Shown one piece after another: positions 15,201-25,719 of a DNA stretch of 64,000 nucleotides. Numbering within the stretch: the first letter of the stretch is position 1; each line of letters opens with the position of its first letter. Origin of the DNA: Raillietiella orientalis (lineage: Eukaryota). The stretch lies in the NCBI GenBank assembly GCA_036172245.1, contig JAYWIR010000024.1, positions 744,001 to 808,000 on the forward strand, written 5' to 3'. Under the pieces are notes generated by a model. It searched no databases and was not told the DNA's origin. It was given only the letters and a program-made list of their open reading frames with translations. The position numbers were made by a program, and so were the translations under genes.

Positions 15201-15231
15201 TTTGATGGCTGCCTTTGAAGAAATGTTATAG
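241..15231 (+). CDS. BRD4: BET-family bromodomain protein (Brd2/3/4, fs(1)h-like), long isoform, multi-exon
   Basis: Spliced model: 241-275, 355-421, 475-699, 760-1251 (BD1: [14 protein letters not shown]...[12 protein letters not shown]...[19 protein letters not shown]); 6900-7190 (motif [13 protein letters not shown]); 7387-7485, 10062-10163, 10215-10360 (BD2: [10 protein letters not shown]...HPMDLG...[10 protein letters not shown]); 10414-10549, 12395-12518, 12659-12916, 12962-13132 (ET domain [36 protein letters not shown]); Ser-rich exon ending 13470; low-complexity exons; C-terminal motif [18 protein letters not shown] with stop at 15229-15231. The first coding exon is uncertain. Confidence 0.95.
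13823..13828 (+). terminator. Candidate intronic polyadenylation signal (AATAAA) for a short BET isoform
   Basis: If the donor after 13470 is not used, the frame reads SEAG-stop (TAG 13473-13475). AATAAA lies ~350 nt downstream, inside the same intron. Confidence 0.6.
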
Positions 15232-15340
15232 CATAGTTTAAGCACGTTGATTCCCAATAAGCCCCCCTCCCCAAATTATGTAAACTCATTATTTTTGAAA
15301 ACTCGTAGTAAATGTGCCATGTTGCACGACCTTTATTCTG

Positions 15341-16885
15341 TCAATTGGCATCTTGTTTAAAACGAGAAACCATACGTTCCATATTAAGGGAGTAAACTGT
15401 GTGTGAACCAATTGCATTTCGATGCACCTAAAATAAGAGAGGAAGTATGCCAAAAAGCACTGTCTTTCTTACCTGCAAAGCTTCATGCAGATCCAACAAA
15501 GTAGAAGGTTCTGAAATAGTGTGATGAGATGTGTTGTTGCAAGCTATAGTAAAAGCTGCTTGTTGTTCAGCAGTTTCATAAGTTGGACGAACAATTGGTA
15601 AATTACGACCTTGTGAATCTGCATCCTCACAGTAAAAGCTATATGATTATTAGATATAAAAAATTAAACAATCTTACAGAAAATGCATAAATTGAGGATA
15701 GCTTTTCAAACTGTGAAGCCAAGGATTGGCAGTGGGTGTTCCAAAACCATGCAAAAATTTGTTTTCACGTACTTTATAACTTTTTCTACGACTAATTAAT
15801 GCTGTCAAAATATTCTTGAGTTGGAACTGCCTTGAAAGTTTAAATGTTATCTTTTAAATACAATTACCTCTAGTGCCAAAGCCAAATAACCAATAGCTTG
15901 ATCTTCCACTCCATCTAGACCAACTTCCCAAGCCCGTACCAACATTCTTCCATGAATCATTGCCATATCTGGAAGTAATAAGGTACAAGAAGAAAATCTA
16001 ATCTTCTCTTCAGGTTTGGTCTCTTTTAAGGCAGTGATAGGTACATACAATGTAGGATCTACTGGCTAATGTAGAGCAATGAATTTCGAATACACATGTA
16101 ATTCTGACCTCAAAGTTACGGCTACTTTTCAATCTTTTCCGATGGTTGCATTGTATTGGTGCAGAATCTGGAGTTTTAGCAACCATGCAGTTGTTTCTGG
16201 TGTGGGTATTCACATGCTTTGCAGTCAGAACAGTACATTTATTGAGAATAGCCAGAAGAAGTTTATTATGCAGCTGTACAGAAGAAGGAGTAAGAAGTTT
16301 TCTTGCTTCCATATCATACTCTTCTTTGGAGAGCTTTTTTAAGAATATATGTAAATATTTCATTAATGAAAGTGTTTCCATTGAAAGATTAATCAGAAAA
16401 GATACTAAAATTGTTCATATGCTGATTAAAACAATGCAAATTTATGTAATTTAATACTCAGATGTACTCTACTGTAGATATGCTTATAAATATCAAGTTG
16501 ATTGTACTTCTTACACTTTGGACTTTCAATTTATTTAAAACCTCTAAATATAAGTAGATACATTTACTAGATTTTTAGATTATAATCTCACGTGTCTAAA
16601 TTCCATTGCTTACTTTCATTTTAAACCACAGTTTCATTTTGGCCAAATACCTGAAATTAGAAATATAAATTTCTACATTAAACTTAATAATTGTTAAATC
16701 TAAAACCTGCATGTTCATTAATTCATTTTCTAGTATTGAATAATTTTATTATTTTATGAATTCAGTAAACACGGAAATATATGCAATTGAAAAAACTATC
16801 ATCTAACTTTGCTTCCTTACTCAGTCATTTTTTCTCCTAATTCTTCTGCTAACTGATTTTTGATTACGCATAAATCGTCCTCCAT
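15341..16885 (-). CDS. TADA1: Transcriptional adapter 1 (SAGA subunit TADA1/Ada1), multi-exon
   Basis: Exons read MEDDLCVIKNQLAEELGEKMTE / YLAKMKLWFKMK / LSKEEYDMEARKLLTPSSVQLHNKLLLAILNKC... / LLPDMAMIHGRMLVRAWEVGLDGVEDQAIGYLALALE / ...LLDLHEALQ / VHRNAIGSHTVYSLNMERMVSRF, matching the TADA1 family. Stop at 15341-15343; minus-strand AATAAA at 15332-15337. Confidence 0.9.
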
Positions 16886-19651
16886 TCTGCAACTAGGGAC
16901 TTTCCAAGCCCCTATTTTTTCATTTTGTCTTCGAATTTCAAAGTGTCAAGTACCCGTGATGTTTACTATAGTAATCACGTTTTTTGAAGTGGAACGCAAA
17001 ACGTGATTCAGGAACTTCAAGTAAGCATTGCTACAATACATAAGTATAATAAAATTACGTTACTACAATATCAAAATTTCGCAACTTGAATCTACAAGAA
17101 CAACAAACAATTCCCGCGAAAACTACTGTAGCTCAAACTTCGAAAGAAACTCAAGCCTAATAAATATAACCATGGAATCTTACGATGTCTGGGAAACACA
17201 GAATTGCATTAAGTGTTTACTGATAATTTGTGCTTTACTGATCACACGTTATTCGAAAGCGAGAGGCTCATCAGCGTACTTTGATTATCAAAGTCGAGGC
17301 TTTTCCGAATCACAAAACGTTTGAAATTAACAAATGGCTTGCGAGGTTAGCAAAGCGATCCTTCACCCACGGGCCAAATTTGCTACTGAGCCTTCGATCC
17401 AGTACCTCCATGGTGCCATGCTATGCTCACGTGGAAAGACATGTAAACAAGCTGCAATTCAACAGACTGTATTATATTTCCTTTTGGAAAATTGGTTAAT
17501 TATTATTATTCGCTCTTAATAAGAGATTCGGACTTTCCAATAACATTCGGACATGTGTTTTGGCATTATGATCACGAAGAGATGACGAACTAGAAATCAG
17601 ATATCCTTTCGTAAGTGTTTTCCCTGAGAACGAGAATCCATTTCATCTTACCAAGATACAGAACGATAGCAACATGAACAAATCGATTATTTTATTATTT
17701 CCGAAGGTCCCATCTATGCAATCTCTTGTCACTTAAGTAACATGTGTGTTCTCATCACTAAAGTATACTTCTTGCCTTTGCATTCCTGTACATCCTATCT
17801 TGCATTACAGATTATTAGCGTATAGCATTTTGAGTTTAAATTACTGCAACTGCTTCATTTCCTTAATTTCACGATAATTAATTTACTGAGGGTTTTAAAG
17901 TGGAATTCAGTATACATTTGCGACTAAAACGTCACAAATTATCTGAACCCAGATATCTGAGTAGGAACCTTTTCTGCCTAGTAAAATCTACATTATTAAC
18001 AGAATTTGATCTCAGTACCAGGAAGGGAGTAAAAAATCACTTTGATATACACTAAGAATGCAGAAGAAAGCAATGATTGCAATATTAAAAGGTAACTGAT
18101 CAGTATCAAACCCTACAGATAGGTTCTTCATGCCATTATTATTCATCTATAGAGATATTTCCAATTCGTGAATCACTTTGAATAAACCTAGTAATTTTCT
18201 CCACGCTAATTTTCGCTAGATTTCACTGCTCATGTACATACTTAAAGTTTTCTTTTAAATCAGTGCTTTGATTTATATTTCGGAAGCATATCGGTCCTAT
18301 TTGTTTGTCATAGGTGTACAATTTTAACTTAAAGCAAAAGCATATTAATCAACTGTTTTTGTCACCTTGTACCTCAAATCAAAAAATCACTGTTTACAGG
18401 CATGCTCACATATTTTTTCTTTTGTCGGCACGCCAAAAAAAAAAAAGTTCATGATGCTATGCTAAAAATTGCCTATTAAGTAGATGGAAAACATTTTAAA
18501 AGTTCGTTCTATATATTAAACTTTCTTTAAGATGTCTTCATTGCTCATATCAGACCTCACTTTTGCCTTGTAGTGGCAGAGCTTATCCATCTTTGAGGCA
18601 TGAGTATTTATCCATTTAGTACGAAAATTACCTGCAGGCTGATTGTGCAAACAATTTACATAAACGAGTAGATTTCTGAGCGTTAATGGAACGAAATTTC
18701 GTATTTCGTATTTTTCTTGCAAAGCATAGGCAAATGATGTTTGTCTTTTCTCTAGGAGGAAGCAATTCATGCATCTGTATGAGGCGAAAGTTCAATTATT
18801 TGGTGTCTTGTTTGCTGTATAGTTCATTTTTAGATTTTAAAAAGGCTATTCGAGGGCACTTTAATTTTGATGTTATTTATCATGTTGAACTTTTTGCTTT
18901 CCGTTTTTGATTGCGCAGAATATACGGTCTGTAGACCATTATTTATAATAGCGTCGCACTGCATAACTACATCATATTTATAAATACAATACAACATTAC
19001 TATGACGCTATGTTTATAAAGCCAAATCATTACACAATTATTACTTAACTTTCTCACACCTTCAGTATTTCATATAAGCGTGTATTTTTTCTTTTTAAAT
19101 ACTACTCACCAATTCAAAGTTCCAATTTTTTTTATTGTACATCTAATATGCATTGCTACTAAGGCATTGAGATATTTTATTGCTAGAAAGAAAATTTCAT
19201 TTAAAGAAATGTGAGAGAATCAGAAATGATTTATTTCCGAGCATTTATTTGTAAGCAGCAGTAAACATTCTCAGACTCTTGTAAAGAAATATGCATGTTA
19301 ACGATTCTACTATCGAGGAGAAAACATCGAAGATAGCAGCCACATCAATATGAAACAGACATGCAATTTCTTTAATCTTCATCATATTTACTGAAATCCG
19401 CGACTGATCTGCATTAATTCCAATTCTCATTACTTTACATAGTTCGGAGCATTTCACGTATATGTTTGTTTATCTAATCGTCCATTTCTCGAATTCCAAT
19501 AAGGAGCGATTATTTTTGAATAAATTGAAAATGTAATAAAGCTCTTAGAACCGTTGCCAGATTCCCAAATATGGCGTTGTCTTTGCAATAGAGAACAATA
19601 CTTCCATTAAATGTAACGTGTGAGTATACCTTCCTCTATCTATGCAGAGTT

Positions 19652-19661
19652 GCCGACGTGG
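19652..19661 (+). promoter_or_regulatory. UPRE/XBP1-like element upstream of EDEM3
   Basis: GCCGACGTGG (reverse complement CCACGTCGGC, one mismatch from CCACGTCAGC) lies ~125 nt upstream of the inferred EDEM3 start codon. Confidence 0.4.
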
Positions 19662-19783
19662 TCAGACTGAAAAATCCATAGCAATGTTCAGGTCCTGAGC
19701 TTGCATCCGAGAACGTAATAGTGATTGCAAAGTTGCTTTATGGACATATTTTGTGCCATTTTTCTAATGTGCATATAGAGGAT

Positions 19784-22700
19784 ATGTTTGTGTATCACCA
19801 AGTATTTTTATGTAGTGTATTCATAATCAACAGCTGCTGCTTTGAACATGAAAAAAAGGAAAAATTAAGGTTCCTATATTTTTTTCATTTTGGAAATATG
19901 TGGGCCGTTGATTAACATTTTATTAACTCATTGGAGTGCCATTTAGCATTAGCTCATTTTATCATGTTACGAGTAAATGCCTTCCAAAACCAAATTGATT
20001 TCTTATGTATCAGTTTTGTTAGTACTCCTAGTGTATAATAAAAACCGACGTTTTATTCCAGGCATGAAGTGAGAAACATGTTTTATCATGCCTACAATTC
20101 TTATATGGTAAGTGTGTACAGATATACTTCAGTCTAAGTTAAAACATTTCAGAATAATGCGTATCCTGCAGATGAACTAATGCCTTTAAGCTGCAAGGGT
20201 AGATGGCGAAATCCTGAATCCAGTAGAGGTGATGTTGATGAAATCCTAGGAAAGTATGTTATGAAATTTCCTTTCTCAGGTTCTATTTAAAGACATTCAG
20301 TGTAAGATTCTCAAGACTAAAAGAATTTTCCGTTTATCCATTTCTTGTGTATTTAGAGTTTTGATTAAATTAAGAAAAACTCTAACCAACATGGTTAGTA
20401 GTAGCCTTTTTCATATGAGGGATTATTTTCATAAAAGAGATATTAATACATCAATCCAATAATAGAATGCTGTCGTTTTCCAGTGTTTTTTGTAAATAAA
20501 AAGATGAATTTATATCATAACATCAAGTTTTTCATTTTTATAGCTAAGCACCAATGTATATTGTAACAATATATTGTAACAAAGCTTATTTTAGCTTTTC
20601 ATTGACGCTGATTGATGCTCTTGATACTTTGGTGGTAAGTTTATTTTTAACAAACATGGAGGTTATTAAAAATATAAAGATTTTAGGAGACTTGGATGAA
20701 TTTGAAAGAGCTGTCAAACTCATAATTAGAGATGTCCGTTTTGACAATAATGTTGTTATTTCTGTATTTGAAACCATCATACGTGTTCTTGGGTGAGTAT
20801 TCTGGTCATTTACTCTGCAAAAGAGCTATTTGTTTCTTATTAATGTGACTTTTCAATTTTTTGAGGAAGTTGATTTTATGCTCACAGATGTAGTTCTTAC
20901 ATCAGGAGGATGCTTATGCCGATTTCAGAATGCTATGGTTTTTTCTTTTTAGAGGTTTGCTGTCAGGTCATGTTCTAACTAAGGAAATTCGTGATTTGTA
21001 TGGAAGGATGTTATGGTATGACAATGAGCTTTTAAAAATGGCGAGAGATCTTGGATACCGCCTGTTACCTGCATTTAATACAACCACAAGTATTCCTTAT
21101 CCAAAGGTAGGTACATTTTAACATGAACATAGCCATTATATGACAATGCTGTAGGTAAATTTGAAATATGGGATAGTAGGAGTGGATGTGGAAGCAAGTC
21201 AGGAAACATGCACAGCATGTGCAGGCACTATGTTACTAGAATTTGCAACTTTGTCTCGCCTGCTGTCTGATCCTGTATTTGAGGTAATATCTGTATGTTG
21301 TGCCTTCCAAAGAACAGCTGATTGTAGTAGCTCATATTCTTCATGTATTATTCATAAAAGTAATGATAGGTGTCATTTTTTTTTAGGAAAAAGCTCATGA
21401 AGTAATGGATTCTCTTTGGAATCTCCGGCATCGTACTAGTAATTTAGTAGGGACTATTGTCAATATTCATAATGGGGATTGGGTTAGACGTGATTCTGGA
21501 GTTGGTGCAGGAATTGATTCATATTATGAATACCTTTTCAAAGCCTACATCCTTCTAGGTGAACAGAAGTATTTATTTCGTTTTAATAAAGTAAGTTAAA
21601 TTACTGAGTTGCTCAATGTCTTTGGCAGCACTATGCAGCAGTTATGAAATACATAAGTCAGGGACCATATCTTATGGATGTGCACATGCATAGACCTCAC
21701 ACTATTGCACGCCAATATATGGATGCATTGTTAGCATTTTGGCCTGGTCTTCAGGTACTCAAAGGAGATTTGAAACCTGCAATACAAACACATGAAATGC
21801 TTTATCAAGTAATGCAGAAGCATAACCTCTTACCAGAAGCATTTACTACAGATTTTCAAGTAATGTTAGAAGCTACTTCCAAATTTCTGTTAATTAAATC
21901 CATTTTAGGTACATTGGGGCAATCACCTGATGCGGCCCGAGTTTGTTGAATCTACTTACTTGTTGCATAGAGCAACTGGGGATGACCATTATTTAAAAGT
22001 AGGTGAAGAACTAGTAGCAAATTTGCAAAACTTTGCAAGAGTTCGTTGTGGTTTTGCAGCATTACAAGATGTTCGAACCGGGATCCATGAAGATAGGTGT
22101 GTTAGCAAACATTTGTCCTCCATTTAAATGACATTTTTTAGACTTGATTCATTTGTACTGGCAGAAACTTTCAAATATTTATATTTACTCTTCACTGATC
22201 CTGCTGATCTCTTAATAGATATGAATAGTTATTTGTTATCTACGGAAGCCCATTTGCTTCCTCTTTCTACTGCTCATGTTACTAGCTCTACTGTAATGCA
22301 TATTGCCAAGAATCTATCTGCTGATTAAAGTATTTCTCCCTTCAGAACAGTAAGGTACACCTCCATGTAGGGGAAGTGACGTCTGATAATTGTCCAAATC
22401 TTGCATTGTTATCACCAAAGAATGGTACATTTGCTGAAAGTATTAGGAGACCATTGCAAAACTTGGTGAAGAATGTGTGCCCTTCCAAGCATAATGCAGT
22501 TCCTTTATTGAAAGCTTCTGAATTCAAAGTAATTATTATCACTTCATATGAATTATTTATTATTCATGATTCAGACTAATAATCCAGATCATATTAAGCA
22601 GTTAAAAGATATGGGTATCAGTCTGGTGTCTTTATCTGGTGGTCCAATTCAACTGCTGCACACATCAAGCAGTGTAAGTCAAAGTGGATAGGAATTCAAG

Positions 22701-23420
22701 TTATGGAGAAACTAGGCCAAATCAGCTGAACATGCAGAAGCAGGACTACTTTTTATGCAAGAAATTCTAGAGTTGTCTCGTCACCAACCAGATGTGTTGG
22801 AAGTTCCTGCTTGTTCTGTTATACTGCTTCAAAATAAAGAAAAACATGTAGCATCCTTGATTGCCGGACCTGCTCAGTTTGGTCCAAGTTTGGCTGAGCA
22901 TCAGGTCAGTGCATAAAAAGATCAGCTTTTCCATGAAAATTCATAGATTTTGGGGTCACCCGTAATAGCTGATCCCCTTGATGGATGTTCTCAGTTAGTC
23001 AATGCTGCAGATGTGTCTGGTAAAGTGCTCTTAGTAGAAAGAGGTCAATGTATGTTTGTAGAAAAAGTGAGTAATGAAATGAAGCATTGACTTTAGTCCA
23101 TTCATGTTGAATTCTAGGTGCGTTTTGGTCAGCAGTCTGGAGCTTTAGCTGTGATAGTGATAGATAATAGTAACACATCTTCACTGAAAACATCAGCAAT
23201 GTTTTCAATGTCTGGTGATGGGAAAGATGATATTGTTATTCCATCGGTTTTTGTGTTTGGTAAAGAAGGAGCCATTCTTCATAAACATGTCCAAGATACA
23301 GAGAATTTGCAAATTCTTCTACAAACTAAGCAGCTGAGGTCCGAAGAGCAGTCTGCTTTGCAGCAGTGTAAATCAGAGAAGGCGTCATTGGAATCTCAGA
23401 ATTCCCCAAATCCTGTTTGA
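19784..23420 (+). CDS. EDEM3: ER degradation-enhancing alpha-mannosidase-like protein 3 (GH47 plus PA domain), multi-exon
   Basis: Exon 1 (19784-19869) is signal-like, [29 protein letters not shown], and splices to [15 protein letters not shown] / [18 protein letters not shown]47 motifs [68 protein letters not shown] are present. PA domain: AGPAQFG...[12 protein letters not shown]...GALAVIVID...IPSVF. Confidence 0.93.
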
Positions 23421-23846
23421 TAATATGGTTTAAAGAAGACAGGCAGGCAACATGCTGGGGTAAGTGTAATTTTCGTAGAATTTTTTAAATTATTTGCATG
23501 TTACTGTTGGATACAATGTTGAAGAGTGTATCACTATATGCTCTTGTACATCAATTATTTGTAAGTAATATATCCATAGATTGATTAGTATCTGTTTATA
23601 TTGATATGAATGTAGATTATAAATATCCCAACAAGTTATGAATTTTTTAAAAATTTCATTTATGTAGTCCATCTTTCCAAATTAATCATATGTATTTCAG
23701 ATCATGTCCAGTTTCATGAGTGCTGATTTAGGTGGTTTTTTTAACAAAAGAAAAATCAAAGATATCTGTGATACTTTTTATAAAGTTCCTGTATTTTCTT
23801 TTTCTTTAACTTTGTTTGTGATTTCAAATTAATAAAGTGGCAATTA

Positions 23847-25719
23847 TCAACGAGTCTGGTGAACTTTTTGGACCAAAAGTGAGCAGCAAGTCAGTGCTGC
23901 TTGAGGTTTAGCAACTTCTGAGTAATCAATTGGAATCAGAGGGAATGGAATTTTCTCTTCGAAAATCTAGAAAAATCCTACATATGTTCAAATATAGCAT
24001 ACATTTACCTTTGCTGATTCAGGAAATTCCACACCTGATCTGTGAATCAAAGCTCCATTAGCAAAAATGCAATTTGCAGCATCAGGATCTGGGACTTGCA
24101 GAGTAGTATAGTGGTATGTACTGTGTGATTGTATTTTCTGGAGAGAAACAGTCAAGCTTTATTGTTCACAAATTATACGTGAACCTTGAGAATTTTTTGA
24201 GCATCCTGGCTGCACCCAACACATATAATATCAGGCCCTGCCATTGTCATTACAGATTTTAAATGTAAATTATTTGAAATTTCAATTGGAGTACAAGGAT
24301 ATTCAGGGAAAGCTGAAGCTACTGCCTTTGCACCCTGTTCATTGGTACGGTGTGAAATCCCAACAAAAAATTCTCTCCCTAAACTAAACAGTGAGTGGTC
24401 TTCAAAGTCACATTCATATAGTAATTACCAGTAAATAATACATCTCCTCCATCAAGCTTGGTTGATTTGTCCAAAATTTCTATTGTAGGCAATTCTATTT
24501 CCTTTTTAAGTATAGCATTAACAATATCAGTCTGAAAATTAACACTTAACCTTCAGTCTTGCAAAACTGGTAGAAAAACAGGCATGATTCACAATTTTGG
24601 GCAGTAAATGATTTATTAATTTATACTAAGTTTCATCACATGCAAATTTCTTACTACTAATGTTACTCCCATGCAATGTAATTAAAATGGCAATGGAAAG
24701 TCACAGGAATGTTTTATGAAGCCATTATGTGAAAGGCACTACTAAAGCAGTTGCTACATTGTAATCCCAAGCCCACTTTACACAACCAGCATTTCTGTTT
24801 TTCGGCCACTTCAAATGTTTCGACCTTTTTTTATAAAAGTAGTCAGTTCAAATGTTAACAGTGATGCAAGGGGTTTTTGAAGTGATGGTTTTGTGAACGT
24901 GGCTTCGGTGACCTCAGCTGCGTGTAAGATTTCAAGCAGAGTGCAATGGCGAGAAGAGCCAAATAAAGTGGCGAACGGGCTGGTGCAGATATTAAGTGAA
25001 ATTATTTTAATTAATGAATGAATCCATGTTAGGTATGATCTGATGACCATGTTTAATGAAATTAGATCAAAATGTTAATAAATAAAAGCACGGGACTTAA
25101 ACACCATAAAAATTTCCACGAAAAGCAACCTTTCCCATGCTTCCACAAATCCCACCCCCATTCCCCAAAGCTTCAGTTGTGTTGGCTATCGCGTTGCACC
25201 GTCTTTTGGCATACTGTTGGGAAATCGCTAGTCCAAGCAATTTTTACAAGAATTATCGAATCTATTCCGTTAAATAAGTTGGTTCCCATCGCATTCACTC
25301 TCAAGTGTTTATTTTGCATGCATACAGCTGGTGGACATGCAACGTGCACGACACAACGGCAACTCTGCTCGCGAGTTTACGAGGTGTATGCCGGAGGTGG
25401 ATGGAACCCACCGGGTCCACTTTGAAACATGTACTTTACTCACCTCGTTCTTTCTCGATGCATGACCTGGTTTGGTTATCAGAGCTAATCCATTGCAAAC
25501 AACTGCCGTGTCCTCTATGTAGACGCAGTCTGGAAAACCTTCGTCGGGGGGCAACTCAATGACATCGATGCCCAGCTTTCGTAAACAGTGCACATATTCT
25601 TGATGCTGCTGTCTCGCTCTGTCGAGTTGCAAGGGGTATTCGGGTGCCCCTAGAGCTTTGGTGGCCCAGGAATCGGGTATTCTACAAACAAGGGCGTGGG
25701 TGTAACGGAACGCAGCCAT
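23847..25719 (-). CDS. DDAH1: N(G),N(G)-dimethylarginine dimethylaminohydrolase, 5 exons
   Basis: Exon 1 (25719-25444) carries LPPDEGFPDCVYIEDTAVV. Later exons carry LDGGDVLFTG, FFVGISHRTNEQGA, LHLKSVMTMAGPD, VPDPDAANCIFANG and the catalytic Cys region ALTCCSLL. Stop at 23847-23849. Confidence 0.93.

Noticed and set aside
17172..17324. Signal-peptide-like ORF as EDEM3 exon 1
   Set aside because: Exon 19784-19869 matches the family N-terminus better (EKKEKLR) and joins in phase.
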